From: a virus | Strand: one strand, 5' to 3' | Virus record (IMG/VR): IMGVR_UViG_3300033153_004222 | Span: 1 to 64,000 of that record | Length of the DNA: 64,000 nucleotides | Shown here: piece after piece, positions 1 through 10,621 of the stretch | Layout: each line of letters opens with the position of its first letter | Numbering within the stretch: position 1 is the first letter of the stretch | Program-made: the position numbers and the translations under genes | Notes under the pieces: model-generated | What the model was told of the DNA's origin: nothing | What the model saw: only the letters and a program-made list of their open reading frames with translations | Database searches by the model: none

Positions 1-511
1 CCCACGCTGCCTCATCTTGAGCCAATAAACAAGTGGTTAGTTCTAATTCTATACAATCTTCTGCTACTGTATCTTCTACTAATAATAACCCTGCATCTTC
101 TAAAGCAATACAACATTCAGGTATAATTGTTATAATTTCTTTTAATTTTAATTCACTACACGGAGTTCCTTCAGCAGAAGGAGCATTTCCTTTTGCTATA
201 AAACATTGCCCACAATAATTTTCTAACCAATCAAGTATTAATTCTAATTTATCTTCAGTAATACAATTATAGGCAGGTACATCTGAAGGTTGTATAGCTG
301 CATTTGAATATAAACAAGCTAAAGATTCATAATCAGTTAAAATATCTAAAAATGCTGCCGCAAGTTTAAATTTTGTTACACAGCCACAGGTAGGTTTTCT
401 TCCCTCTCGAAGCATACAGCAAATCTCATATCCTTTTTCTCCTATACAGATTGAAATTAACCATCGTCTGTATTGTAGATCTGCAACTGTATAATAATGT
501 TCTCCGGCCAT
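1..511 (-). CDS. Cys-rich putative virion/tail protein, 3' end outside window
   Basis: ATG at 511 directly after the stop of the 513-1502 gene; reads MAGEHYYTVADLQYRRWLISICIGEKGYEICC... open to the window edge; not in the ORF track. Confidence 0.7.
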   Translation of the reverse strand, partial: MAGEHYYTVADLQYRRWLISICIGEKGYEICCMLREGRKPTCGCVTKFKLAAAFLDILTDYESLACLYSNAAIQPSDVPAYNCITEDKLELILDWLENYCGQCFIAKGNAPSAEGTPCSELKLKEIITIIPECCIALEDAGLLLVEDTVAEDCIELELTTCLLAQDEAAW

Positions 512-512
512 T

Positions 513-1502
513 TTAATATCTCATTATATAAAGTAATGAATAATAAGGAGGCATTGCATTTGCAGCTCCTCCAGTATTCTCTGCTGTTGTTGTATCCCAT
601 TGAGAACCTGCACCATATCCGTCAGTATCTCCTGTAATACCTGTTGTAGATGGATCTTGTATATCTGTTTTACCTGCTAACCCATGAGTATGTGCTCCTC
701 TTAAAGTACCGGGAGAAGAAGCAGAATGTTCATTAGTTAAAGTGTAATTTCCTCCTGCTCCAGTAGAAGTTACATCAACAAGAGCAACCTTACACCCTGT
801 TCCACCACAGCCAATAGCTTCTGTTTCTCGTACTCCATGAATATGAATACCGTTTCCATTTACAACTGGAGGATCAAGTAGAAGAGTATCAAGATCATGT
901 CGATGATCATCAATTGAAACTCCTGTTAAAGTATGAGCATGATCAGGTATATTAGAATCAATTAAAGTATTGTCTTTGTGTGTATGATTTTTACTTCCTC
1001 CTGTATTTGCTAAAGAAAAATCTACATCTCCTGGATCAACACCAACAATAAATTTTCCTTCAAGATTAGGAGATATAATATTTCCTGTTCCATCTGTTCT
1101 AACATAAACACTTCCATCGCAAATACACCAACCTCTCATATCAAGTCCTCCTACACCTGTAAGATCTAATCCTTCTCCACCTACTGAAAAATTTGCACTT
1201 GTAATAGAAAACATATTAATTAAACCAGGACTACTAAATAGATTCATATATAATAATCGAGCTGGATAATTTGAAAGAAGCTCTGTATAAAGATCTAAAG
1301 GAGCAGCACCAGAGCTTGGTCCTGGAGGTCCTGGATCACCTTGAAGTCCTTGTATTCCTTGTATTCCTTGAGCACCTGTAGCTCCAACAGCTCCATCTGG
1401 TCCTGTTGGTCCCATAGGCCCAAGAGGTCCTGAAGGTCCAATTGGAATATTAATTTGTGCTGCCTCACAATCTGGACAAACACCGCAATTGTTACAACTC
1501 AT
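513..1502 (-). CDS. Tail fibre protein with collagen-like repeat and tail-collar-like domain
   Basis: G-X-Y repeats ([16 protein letters not shown]...), collar-like GWCICDG...[10 protein letters not shown], HxH repeats, C-terminal [13 protein letters not shown] typical of fibres. Confidence 0.8.
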   Translation of the reverse strand: MSCNNCGVCPDCEAAQINIPIGPSGPLGPMGPTGPDGAVGATGAQGIQGIQGLQGDPGPPGPSSGAAPLDLYTELLSNYPARLLYMNLFSSPGLINMFSITSANFSVGGEGLDLTGVGGLDMRGWCICDGSVYVRTDGTGNIISPNLEGKFIVGVDPGDVDFSLANTGGSKNHTHKDNTLIDSNIPDHAHTLTGVSIDDHRHDLDTLLLDPPVVNGNGIHIHGVRETEAIGCGGTGCKVALVDVTSTGAGGNYTLTNEHSASSPGTLRGAHTHGLAGKTDIQDPSTTGITGDTDGYGAGSQWDTTTAENTGGAANAMPPYYSLLYIMRY

Positions 1503-1513
1503 AGTTTTTCATT

Positions 1514-2173
1514 TTAGCAGGATGAACATTTAGTACAAGCATTGTTTACACACTCTAAAAGATCTGTTGCATTACCAACATTACCAGCCGCAGCTTGATA
1601 TAACATTGATTTGTATAAAGTATAACTATAAAGAGCATCATCTACTGCATCTCCTTCACAACAATCACATCCTGTTGTTTTAGCTAATTGATTATATACA
1701 CAACATTTCGCATTATGAGCGAGTAATACATATTTAGTAACAGCTTGTAAAAAATATGGGGCAGCTCCTGCTGCAATGACAACTAAGTATCGGATTGTAT
1801 AGACTCCATCAGGAAAAACACTTCCTGTTGCATAGCCTATATCTTGTGGGCTTATGGTAAAAATATCATTTCCAGATCCACCTGGATCAACAAATGTTAC
1901 TGGAACATCTAAACCATATTCCCAAGAAGTAGAGCCTGGCTTCATTACCTCTATTCTAATACCTGTTGGCATCAAAGGAACTCCTGCATTAAATCCTATT
2001 TCTGTTCTTAAGTAATTAGGAAGTCCAAATCCAGTTGGATTTGTTGTTACATCATAATCTCCTGTATTCTCCAAAAGAGCAAATGTTTTTCCATCAGGAG
2101 ATTGAGTTGCTTTTAAATTTAATACTATGTTACTCGCTAAATATGTACCTGAGTAAGGGCTTGTATATGCCAT
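1514..2173 (-). CDS. Putative virion structural protein, Cys-rich C-terminus
   Basis: 219-aa ORF within the structural operon; FPDGVYTIRY motif. Confidence 0.6.
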   Translation of the reverse strand: MAYTSPYSGTYLASNIVLNLKATQSPDGKTFALLENTGDYDVTTNPTGFGLPNYLRTEIGFNAGVPLMPTGIRIEVMKPGSTSWEYGLDVPVTFVDPGGSGNDIFTISPQDIGYATGSVFPDGVYTIRYLVVIAAGAAPYFLQAVTKYVLLAHNAKCCVYNQLAKTTGCDCCEGDAVDDALYSYTLYKSMLYQAAAGNVGNATDLLECVNNACTKCSSC

Positions 2174-2190
2174 ATCCTTATTTTTTAATT

Positions 2191-2234
2191 AAAAAGGGAG
2201 GGGTACTGTGTAAACACAAGCAACCTCTCCCTTT
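2191..2234 (-). terminator. Probable intrinsic terminator hairpin
   Basis: AAAGGGAGGGG...CCTCTCCCTTT inverted repeat with a T-run on the minus strand. Confidence 0.5.
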
Positions 2235-2268
2235 CAAAATTACAGAATTATTTTTATTAATCTATCGA

Positions 2269-2628
2269 TTAATAAGCATATTCCACGAATAGTTTGAACT
2301 TTCCAGCTGTTAATGCGGCTACTGTAATCTCCAATTGTACATATCCTCCAGGACTAAGGCTACTTGAACCTATAGTAAAAGGAATGTTTCTTGGGGCTAC
2401 AAGACCAGTTATAGCTAAAGCTGTTCCAGAAATTTGATCTCCTCCAATTAGGATTTCAAGTTTTGCACCAGCTCCAGCTAAAGAAGTTGAAATATTGCCT
2501 GTAAGACTTGTAATAACAGCTCCTGCAGGAATAAATTCAGTATCAGCTAAAGTTATAACGCTAACTAATCCGCCATCTACAGCGAAGTCATATTCGCATA
2601 TTGCTAATTTTACATTTGATAATGCCAT
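2269..2628 (-). CDS. Small beta-rich structural protein (capsid decoration/fibre-like)
   Basis: 119 aa, IPAGAVIT...LTAGKFKLFVEY pattern, located downstream of capsid genes. Confidence 0.55.
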   Translation of the reverse strand: MALSNVKLAICEYDFAVDGGLVSVITLADTEFIPAGAVITSLTGNISTSLAGAGAKLEILIGGDQISGTALAITGLVAPRNIPFTIGSSSLSPGGYVQLEITVAALTAGKFKLFVEYAY

Positions 2629-2658
2629 GATTTCAGTTTTTTTTTAAGTTAAATAATA

Positions 2659-3675
2659 TTAAAGTGCTAAAGCAACAAATGCTTTAGGAACTGAAGCCAT
2701 ATATGGATTAAGTATTGCTTCAATCGCAGCTTGATTAGCAGATCCTGCAGGTACAGCTATGATTGTTTGTACTGGAGATGCGATCTCACCGTTCAATGAA
2801 GAACTGGCATGAACATCGTCATTAGCAATACTATAAACATCATATGTGCCTGTTGAAAGTGCATTTCGAGGTGCAGCAGGAATTGGAAAACCAGTCCTGT
2901 TTAAAGCTCCATCATAACCAATAGCAAATTCTTCCATTGTAGCAACTAACGGATATGTTCCAGAACCTGGAGAAGGTGCGGTTGAATTAGAACCAACAGT
3001 CGTACCAGCAATTCCATTAATGTACAAATATCCAAATTGATCAATCGCTGTCGCATTCGTAAAGCCAAGATCAATCGAAAGTTTAAAAGCAACTTGCTGA
3101 TAAGTATCTAAGCTATTATATGCTTGAGAAACTCCATCAAGTTGTAATCCTCTTAAAGCACCGTTTGATGCAACAGAAGCTGTTACATATTTAGCGGCTT
3201 CTACGTCAGCATTAACTGCAGCAACCATCAAACCAGCTAAATTAACAACTGTAGCGGCAGTAGCAGTAACTTCAAAACTTCTACGAAGCTGTCGTTCTGA
3301 CCACAAACCCGGATCGATTTGAATTACAATATGAAATGAAAATACATCTCCTACAGCAGGAAGAGGTAAATCATTTATTGTACCATTACATCCAATAAAA
3401 GATAATTGTTCAGCAGCAGCAACATAAGAAGTACCTTCATACTTTACTACATTTGCTCCTTGAATTGTTGGAGCGTACTTAGGGATATCACCTGCGGCCA
3501 TCCCCATGACCGGAGTTATCTTCGCAGAATCAGTAATCGTATCGCCACCGGCTAAAAACGTACCATCATCCTTCAAGAAAGCTATCTCACCAGCAGCTAA
3601 AGCTCCAACAGTCGCACCAGCGGTAGCTGCAGCATTGTTACTGATCAGTATTCTATAAGTCCTTGTTCTTGACAT
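2659..3675 (-). CDS. Probable auxiliary capsid protein (crAss gene-73-like position)
   Basis: 338 aa, Ala/Gly/Thr-rich; third gene downstream of the MCP, as in crAss-like synteny. Confidence 0.6.
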   Translation of the reverse strand: MSRTRTYRILISNNAAATAGATVGALAAGEIAFLKDDGTFLAGGDTITDSAKITPVMGMAAGDIPKYAPTIQGANVVKYEGTSYVAAAEQLSFIGCNGTINDLPLPAVGDVFSFHIVIQIDPGLWSERQLRRSFEVTATAATVVNLAGLMVAAVNADVEAAKYVTASVASNGALRGLQLDGVSQAYNSLDTYQQVAFKLSIDLGFTNATAIDQFGYLYINGIAGTTVGSNSTAPSPGSGTYPLVATMEEFAIGYDGALNRTGFPIPAAPRNALSTGTYDVYSIANDDVHASSSLNGEIASPVQTIIAVPAGSANQAAIEAILNPYMASVPKAFVALAL

Positions 3676-3703
3676 TTTATTAAATTTTTAAATTATTAAA
3701 TAA

Positions 3704-4537
3704 TTATTCTTGTTTACTTAACTCACCTAAATAAGTCTGATACCTCTGGCTTTCAATATCCTCCAGAGCCATTGCAGCTGCCATATCTACGATTTCCTGA
3801 TGCGTATGATCTGCTAATTCACAGTTCGTTGGCACAGTAATACTCATATTTACAGGTCGCTTTATGTATCTGAAAAAATAATTTTCCAGCTGAAAAGTAC
3901 CATCTGTGAGCAATTCTACATCCGATTCATACATAAGTCTTGGGACCTGGTTGGACCACGGCTTACTAAAAGGATCTATAATCACTCTGTTATAATCGTC
4001 ATGTTGGATTGGCCTTACACCAACTCTTTTGTTTTCTGCAACAACAAATTTTCCAGTTCCAGTATAGTCAAAAGTGCCTACATTGGTTTTGAAAGTTTCT
4101 CCTACAGAGTAAACAATAGCATTAAATGTAATTGTTCCTTTCGTAACGATATAAGTTGTTTGGTCTTCTAAATCACCCGAAGCAGGGGTAATAGGATTAC
4201 ATCCTGGAGCCCATAAACTTATTTCTTCATTAATCATAAACCAATAATTAGCAGGAACAGGAACAAAATAACCATGTTCTTTATTTTCTGCTGTTTGTGT
4301 TGTGGTTACAACTAATTGTCCATTTTGAACTACTTCTCTTAAATCATCCATTCTTTTTTGAGTTGCCTCAAAAGCGGCTCTTTTAAGATTAGAAGTTCCA
4401 TATCTTTGTTTTATAAACCTTTCCTGCGACATATTTAGAAGCTCATCTATTTCTTCCGGCTCAAAGTTAGGATAATTTAAAGTATCCAACTTGTCGGTTA
4501 AAATCTTAAATCTTATATGCATCTCCTGAATTGTCAT
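3704..4537 (-). CDS. Tail ring / head-tail connector protein (crAss-like)
   Basis: N-terminal MTIQEMHIRFK..DK...PNFEPEEIDELLN and C-terminal CELADHTHQEIVDMA typical of crAss ring proteins. Confidence 0.7.
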   Translation of the reverse strand: MTIQEMHIRFKILTDKLDTLNYPNFEPEEIDELLNMSQERFIKQRYGTSNLKRAAFEATQKRMDDLREVVQNGQLVVTTTQTAENKEHGYFVPVPANYWFMINEEISLWAPGCNPITPASGDLEDQTTYIVTKGTITFNAIVYSVGETFKTNVGTFDYTGTGKFVVAENKRVGVRPIQHDDYNRVIIDPFSKPWSNQVPRLMYESDVELLTDGTFQLENYFFRYIKRPVNMSITVPTNCELADHTHQEIVDMAAAMALEDIESQRYQTYLGELSKQE

Positions 4538-5352
4538 TATGCAGAGGCTTCAAGTTTATTTTTTAAAGATATTAATAAATTTTGATTTTTAGGATCTTCT
4601 AAATACAATATCGTAGATTCTAAGTCATGTCCTATGACATCATCTCCTACTAAATAGTGTGTTCCACTTTTTCTAATTGCATTGATTCCTAACAGGTCTT
4701 CAATTAAAATTCTGGTTTTAAAATTAGGAAGACTTAATATTTTATTAAATTCTTCAGGATTGTCCTGAATAACTTTATCTACTTCATTTTCAATCATAGT
4801 AGCTGTCATATTATCTGCCCTTTTTCCCATAAGTTTTAATACATCTTTCATTTCAGATGTAGACATATTACCAAATTTAGAAAATGCTTGTCTACGAGCT
4901 TTAACAGAAGTATTTTCCTTCTTAGCGTCTTCCTCTGCATCATAGATAACATATTCGGCTTTAGGCCATTGATCTAATTCAGTTACAGAATTTGCTACCC
5001 GTCTGCTTTGCATACATACTTGGTAATCTAAAAAATCTTTTGGTTTTGATAAATCTAATGTTAAAGGTTTATCATGTATATGAATACAATATTCCATCCA
5101 ATATTGACTATAAGATGCTAAAGTTCCTGGATCTTCTCCAAGATCTACTTCAAGCTGTGATTGCTGACTTTTTGTTAATCCTGTATGAAAACCACCTCTA
5201 CCCTGATGAGTAGTAATAGTATCCTTACATTTAGGATAACGAGTAAATCCAGCCCAATTCTTTCTATCGATTGCTTGAATATTTATAGTTCTATTTTGAT
5301 ATAATGTTTCCACTTTTTCCTTTTTTTCCTTTTTCTCTTTTACTATTGCCAT
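4537..5352 (-). CDS. Conserved crAss-like protein immediately downstream of MCP
   Basis: Synteny with the MCP; LDLSKPKDFLDY motif; ATG at 5352 preferred over the ORF-track start at 5370. Confidence 0.65.
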   Translation of the reverse strand: MAIVKEKKEKKEKVETLYQNRTINIQAIDRKNWAGFTRYPKCKDTITTHQGRGGFHTGLTKSQQSQLEVDLGEDPGTLASYSQYWMEYCIHIHDKPLTLDLSKPKDFLDYQVCMQSRRVANSVTELDQWPKAEYVIYDAEEDAKKENTSVKARRQAFSKFGNMSTSEMKDVLKLMGKRADNMTATMIENEVDKVIQDNPEEFNKILSLPNFKTRILIEDLLGINAIRKSGTHYLVGDDVIGHDLESTILYLEDPKNQNLLISLKNKLEASA

Positions 5353-5377
5353 TTCTCTCTTTTTTAGCAAAGAATAT

Positions 5378-5400
5378 TGGGGAGGAATTATCTCCTCCCC
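5378..5400 (-). terminator. Hairpin downstream of MCP (terminator or mRNA stabiliser)
   Basis: GGGGAGGA...TCCTCCCC GC-rich stem in an AT-rich intergenic region. Confidence 0.55.
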
Positions 5401-5426
5401 TCTATTCAGGCTTATTCACAAAATTA

Positions 5427-6869
5427 TTAAGCAAGTGTTGCTGTACAAATCAGCTCTCCACATGCCATTGGGTTTCTTACCATAACACCACATTCAGTTA
5501 ACATATGTACTGAATATCCGTCTAAGTTAGAAGACCTCATAGTTCCTATAGATTTTGCAGGATTACCGTAAGGATCAATTGATCCAGCTTCATGCCACAT
5601 AATCATATCAGAATCTTTTTTGTAGACTTTTTGAATATTAGATTCTCCACCTTGAGTACCGAAGTCTAAGATAGTAAACCTATAAGATTCAATTGGTCGA
5701 CCAGTTTTCCAATGTAACTGTCTGTTTCTTACTGTGTTATCATACAGAGGAAGATGCTTAAGAGTAATCTTAGTACCATTCAAACCTTCATAAGTTTTGA
5801 ATTGACCACCAAGCTTAAGATCCTGTCCTTTTCCTGTAACAAATACAGAATCAACAAGAGTGTATTGAGATGCAGAATTACGCATTGCTTTGTCAAATTC
5901 AGCAAATCCATATTCTCCGGTGAACGCTACAAAGTGTCTATCAGACTCTGGAGTAACATTGTAAGAAAGATCAATTAAGAAATCTCTCACGATATTTTCC
6001 GTAAGTTCTGTATAATACCTTTTATTAGCTGGAGCAATTTGCTCTCTAACACCTGCTCCTTCAAATACTGGCAATCCATTAGAACCGATCATATCAGTAA
6101 CACCTTTAGGATCAGTAGAATACTCTGAATACCATAAAGACGCTTCTAATTCTCGATACCATTGTGCCATTGCTTCCCATTCAGCGAACTTAGTCCAAAT
6201 CTGAGAAGTTTTCTTGGGATTTTCAGGATCGGCAAGACTAATTACTAATACATCTGTAGCAGCTGAACGAGTAACTGTGTAAGACTTTCTCAAAGTAGAC
6301 AAATGATTTCTCATTTTGAATGGAGTTGAGAAGGTAGTATTACCACCAGTTGAAAATTCAGGTACAGTTGCATATTCCTTAGAAACTTGTTTTCCAGGTT
6401 GCATTTGATCTACAGGAACAAAAGCTGTATCATCAGCACCTGTTACCTTAACATCATACACCCATCCTTTTCCATTATAGAAAGGATCTGCCATAACACG
6501 AACTCTGTATGCACGATCATCGAAAGTTAATACATCTCGGTTAGCAAACCATTTTTCTTCTAAAAGAATTTGAAAAGATTGACGGGCTATACCTGGAGTC
6601 GCTCCTGTTGCGATATTTTCAATGATTTTGATGGGTTTTTCATCATCACCTTGTAAATACCAATCGTATTCGCGATTTCCTAAAGCTTTAGTCCTACCAG
6701 TTCCAGCAGTTAAATACTGGAGTGGATTTTGTCCTTGCATACCGAATATCCTATGAACAATTGTGCTAATAGTTTCCGGTTCTGTAAGAAAGGCTCTGGA
6801 CAAATGATTCTGTTGAGTCAGTCCAGAATGCCATTTCGTTTTATATAATTGTAAACCATTTACTGACAT
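5427..6869 (-). CDS. Major capsid protein (crAss-like HK97 fold)
   Basis: 480 aa; GLTQQNHL N-terminus, FEGAGVREQI, FTGEYG, HLPLYD...GRPIESYRFTILDFG, MVRNPMACGEL; portal-scaffold-MCP order. Confidence 0.9.
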   Translation of the reverse strand: MSVNGLQLYKTKWHSGLTQQNHLSRAFLTEPETISTIVHRIFGMQGQNPLQYLTAGTGRTKALGNREYDWYLQGDDEKPIKIIENIATGATPGIARQSFQILLEEKWFANRDVLTFDDRAYRVRVMADPFYNGKGWVYDVKVTGADDTAFVPVDQMQPGKQVSKEYATVPEFSTGGNTTFSTPFKMRNHLSTLRKSYTVTRSAATDVLVISLADPENPKKTSQIWTKFAEWEAMAQWYRELEASLWYSEYSTDPKGVTDMIGSNGLPVFEGAGVREQIAPANKRYYTELTENIVRDFLIDLSYNVTPESDRHFVAFTGEYGFAEFDKAMRNSASQYTLVDSVFVTGKGQDLKLGGQFKTYEGLNGTKITLKHLPLYDNTVRNRQLHWKTGRPIESYRFTILDFGTQGGESNIQKVYKKDSDMIMWHEAGSIDPYGNPAKSIGTMRSSNLDGYSVHMLTECGVMVRNPMACGELICTATLA

Positions 6870-6898
6870 TTTATTAAATTTTAGTTGTTATTAAATAA

Positions 6899-8101
6899 TT
6901 AAAGTAGTTTTTTCCAAGATGAAAAGTCCATCTCTTGTGTATCAGTAGCTTTTTTCTTCCTTTTAGATGATCCTTTCATTTTTGATGTACTATCAAGATT
7001 GGATAAACTATCACGAAGTTTACTGGACACTTTTGATCTGACTTTCTTCTCAATATTAGAAAAATCAAACTTGTTATACATTAACCAGGCCATTTTCAAT
7101 TGTGAATCAGAATCTGCTTCTATATCCTGTAACAATCGAGTCTTTCCCTCCTTATTTGACTCCGTTATGTATTTAAAAAAATCTTCTTTCTTTCTTGGAG
7201 ATATTTCAAATCCAGCAATCTCTTCTTTGTCGTCAATACTTTTTTTAATATCATCGACATAGAGTTTATGTGCATCGATCTGCTCCTGATGATGTTTCTT
7301 TTGCTGACTTACAAGACTCACTTCATATTCTTCCTGCTTCTTAACCAATTTAGGATGAATCCTTTTTGATTGTTTAGCAAGAAGACCAGATTCTTCATAG
7401 TCAGTTAAAGATTCACTTATCTCCTCATCAGAATATCCTTGAAGCCTCATCCAATCAGTAACTAATGCTTTTTGGACTGAATCTTTCTCAAGAAGTTGAT
7501 CTGTAAGACCTTTATAATCAGGAACAGATGAACTGTTCTCAATATATTTCTTAGGATCACCTCCTGCTTCCAGGTACTCTAAAAATGCTGCAGCTCCATT
7601 CGGAACAGATTTTTTATATTTATCTACAGCATTACTAACCGTTTTGTCCATCATATCTAAAAGACCTTTCTCTGAATCTTCAAAATCTTCTGGATCATAG
7701 TCGGCTACGCCATTTTCATGTAAGAAATTTGCAAAATTTTGAAAAGCTGATAATTCTTCTCCAGGTTCCTCCTGTTCATCATCATCTTCATCATCTGTTT
7801 CTTCTTTTTTAGAAGTTGATTTTTTAGCAACCTCTTCTTTTTCCTCTTCGTCTTCTTCAGTTGTTTCTTCTTCCAGAGTTTCCTCTAAAGATTCAACTGT
7901 TTTTACTTTTAAGGCTGGTTCAAGTGTAGATCGTTTGTCTTTAACTTTCTTTTCTTCTTTTTTAGTATCCTCTTTTTCAGGATCAGAAGTAAATACTGTA
8001 GGTTCAGATATTACATCTACTCCTTCCTCAGTTATTACTGCGTCAGAAGCTAATAAGTTAAAGTTTGATAGATCTACTTCTCCGTTTTCGTCATTACTCA
8101 T
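6899..8101 (-). CDS. Putative scaffolding-like protein
   Basis: Acidic low-complexity N-terminus and helical C-terminus; located between portal and MCP. Confidence 0.65.
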   Translation of the reverse strand: MSNDENGEVDLSNFNLLASDAVITEEGVDVISEPTVFTSDPEKEDTKKEEKKVKDKRSTLEPALKVKTVESLEETLEEETTEEDEEEKEEVAKKSTSKKEETDDEDDDEQEEPGEELSAFQNFANFLHENGVADYDPEDFEDSEKGLLDMMDKTVSNAVDKYKKSVPNGAAAFLEYLEAGGDPKKYIENSSSVPDYKGLTDQLLEKDSVQKALVTDWMRLQGYSDEEISESLTDYEESGLLAKQSKRIHPKLVKKQEEYEVSLVSQQKKHHQEQIDAHKLYVDDIKKSIDDKEEIAGFEISPRKKEDFFKYITESNKEGKTRLLQDIEADSDSQLKMAWLMYNKFDFSNIEKKVRSKVSSKLRDSLSNLDSTSKMKGSSKRKKKATDTQEMDFSSWKKLL

Positions 8102-8106
8102 AGTTA

Positions 8107-8114
8107 CAAATTTA
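8107..8114 (-). promoter_or_regulatory. Bacteroidota sigmaA -7 element (TAAATTTG)
   Basis: Matches TAnnTTTG; lies only a few nt upstream of the scaffold-like gene start. Confidence 0.45.
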
Positions 8115-8179
8115 GAATTATAATTAAATAAATTATACTTTGTTAAAAAATAATTGTCTATATTATAGCTCTTTCTTAT

Positions 8180-10591
8180 TTAGAGCTTTGATTTCTCCCT
8201 TCGTTGTTCGTTTATTTGTTCTTTTTTCAAACCAAGCTCTCGTTCCTTTAAATCTAACTCTCTATTAGATTTTTCTCTCTCCTGTTCCATCTTTTGAAGC
8301 TTTAACTGGTTCTCAGCCACATACTTATCTCTATCAATAGTATCTTTAATACCATTATTATTAAGATCTGTGTCCATTAATTTAGCTTGAGCTTGTATAG
8401 TAGCAACTTCAATTTTAGTTTGATTGTCTTGAATATTTCTGGCATCTTCTCTTGTCTGTTTCTCTTGTTCAGTTTGTTGAACCATTTGGGCCATCTGCTG
8501 TTGAGCTTGTTCAGCTTGTTGTTGTGCTTGTTGTTTTTGCTTTTCACCTTTTTCTTCAGCTGCTTCAAGTGTTCTTGTCATATCTGCTAAAGAATCTGTT
8601 TGCATGATCGTAGCAAATTCACCTAATTTTAATGTTCCTGCTTGTAATGCTCCTTGAGCAGAGGCTCTTAAAGTTTCAAGAGCTTTAACATCTTTGGAGC
8701 TGTTAGTTATAAATATTCCAAATTCTGTATCAGGAAAAATATTGTCCTCAAGATTTATAAATACTCTGGACATATCACTTAAAACATATTGCATTTTCTT
8801 TGTTCCTTTCCATGCAATTTTTGCTACATCTATTAAAGCCTCAAATACTCTTCGTTTAACTTCATCATGGTGTGCAAACCAATATTCAGTAATATGACTT
8901 GACTGAGTAACAGCTCGTTCCGTATTTCCTACTAATTCAGAGGAAGTTATCTGTCCCATCCGTTGCCTGGACACTCCACAAAGTTCTTCCATTTCTGATT
9001 TTATTTGTTGAAGCATTTGAACATGTTGATTAATATAATTTCCCATTGACAGATCAATAGATGTGAACTGATTGAAATTAGATTGTTGTCCTTGAGCTCC
9101 TTCTTCTGCAGAATTTATAAACATAATTCCCATAGACTCTAAATAATAAAGCCAGGTATCTACATCCCATCCTTCTGATCTTGGAATTTGTGCAATATCC
9201 ATAAGAGCCAACTTACCTTTTGTTTTTGCAAAGGCAAGTTCAGTTCTATACATCAATATATTATACATATACTGATAAGGTTTCATCCTATCTATCATAG
9301 ATACTGATTGGGCATTTCTTGCATTATATAAATATCCTACATATCCACATTTGACAAGGGCTGGATTCTCCATATTCCGTCTTTGGTTTGGCTTCGCCTG
9401 GATACCTACATAAATGTCTTCTCCTATCTTCGTGCCTTCCCAATATTCGTTTACCCAATCCCATTTTATTCGCATAGGAAGGTCTGATAATTCGTCTGTC
9501 CAATTGTAAAATTTTTGTTTATCTTTAGTTGCTCCTTGAGGAACTTCAAATTCTTCATCTACAATTTCCTCATTCCACTCTTCTGTTGTAGCATCAAATA
9601 CCTGAAGAAATCCTATTTTCTTTAGAGATTTCCATTCTACATGGATCACTCTTATATTTCCTGCATCATCAAATATTTCTAAAGGACTGTGATTACGTCT
9701 GTATTCATCATCTCCTTGGATTCTTATATTTGAAACAGGATAATTTAAAAAGCCATCAGCTGTCTGTCCATCTCCAAAAGTACTCATAGACTCTAAGGTA
9801 TCTATTTCTGTTGGAGTTAAATCTTCAAAGTATTCATCAATTACTGTTCCTAAATTAATAAATCGTTCTTCAATAATAGCTTGAGCATTTTCAACATAAT
9901 CATTATCTGGATCAGTAATAATAGTTATATCACAAGGATTACATACTCTTACTTTTGGATGTCCATTAATAATTCCTACCCAATAAATTTCTTCTCCTGA
10001 AATTAAAGCATCTTTAAATCCTTCATTAAATTTAAAAAGTAACCTTTCATTTTCTTCTAAGTATTTTAAAATATCATGGGCTGTCTTTTCTCTGGCATCC
10101 TGCCATTCATATTTTAAAAACTTTTCTAATTCTTCTGGTGGTTTAGGAGGTCCTTCTGGTCCGGGCTGTCCCATTACCTGGGATTGAAATACTTTTACAA
10201 GTTCTTGCTTTAAGATATCAGCTTTTTGTTTTTCTATTTCTGTAACTGCGTCTGCATTTATTGTTACAGCTCTAAAGTTTAATGGTCTTTTTATTTCTTC
10301 TCCTATTAAGAGATTCAATTTGGGAGATATTATATCATAGTGTTGAAGCTCTGCTGGAAATTCTCCTTTTTTAAATCCATAAGGATTTGTAACATACTCA
10401 AAATCAGCAGGTGCTAATTTGCCATTGAACAGATCATAATTAATCTGCTTTCTATGAGCACTTGTCCTGTTATAATAAGTATTAGATATTATATATCCTT
10501 CTAAAGAGTCTATGCATCGGCTCCCCCAATCTTTAGTTTTTTTAGATTTTGATATTTTTTGTCTTGGAAGATTATATTCTCCGTTTTCCAT
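8180..10591 (-). CDS. Portal protein
   Basis: 803 aa; LPRQKIS..KKTKDW, HYDIISPKLNLLIGEE, DRMKPYQYMYN, GVSRQRMGQI; Gln-rich coiled-coil tail; adjacent to TerL. Confidence 0.9.
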   Translation of the reverse strand: MENGEYNLPRQKISKSKKTKDWGSRCIDSLEGYIISNTYYNRTSAHRKQINYDLFNGKLAPADFEYVTNPYGFKKGEFPAELQHYDIISPKLNLLIGEEIKRPLNFRAVTINADAVTEIEKQKADILKQELVKVFQSQVMGQPGPEGPPKPPEELEKFLKYEWQDAREKTAHDILKYLEENERLLFKFNEGFKDALISGEEIYWVGIINGHPKVRVCNPCDITIITDPDNDYVENAQAIIEERFINLGTVIDEYFEDLTPTEIDTLESMSTFGDGQTADGFLNYPVSNIRIQGDDEYRRNHSPLEIFDDAGNIRVIHVEWKSLKKIGFLQVFDATTEEWNEEIVDEEFEVPQGATKDKQKFYNWTDELSDLPMRIKWDWVNEYWEGTKIGEDIYVGIQAKPNQRRNMENPALVKCGYVGYLYNARNAQSVSMIDRMKPYQYMYNILMYRTELAFAKTKGKLALMDIAQIPRSEGWDVDTWLYYLESMGIMFINSAEEGAQGQQSNFNQFTSIDLSMGNYINQHVQMLQQIKSEMEELCGVSRQRMGQITSSELVGNTERAVTQSSHITEYWFAHHDEVKRRVFEALIDVAKIAWKGTKKMQYVLSDMSRVFINLEDNIFPDTEFGIFITNSSKDVKALETLRASAQGALQAGTLKLGEFATIMQTDSLADMTRTLEAAEEKGEKQKQQAQQQAEQAQQQMAQMVQQTEQEKQTREDARNIQDNQTKIEVATIQAQAKLMDTDLNNNGIKDTIDRDKYVAENQLKLQKMEQEREKSNRELDLKERELGLKKEQINEQRREKSKL

Positions 10592-10621
10592 AATTTTTTA
10601 TTATATAATTCTAAAATACTA

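Noticed and set aside
1320-1446. Short tandem DNA repeats
   Set aside because: Explained by collagen G-X-Y codons in the fibre gene.
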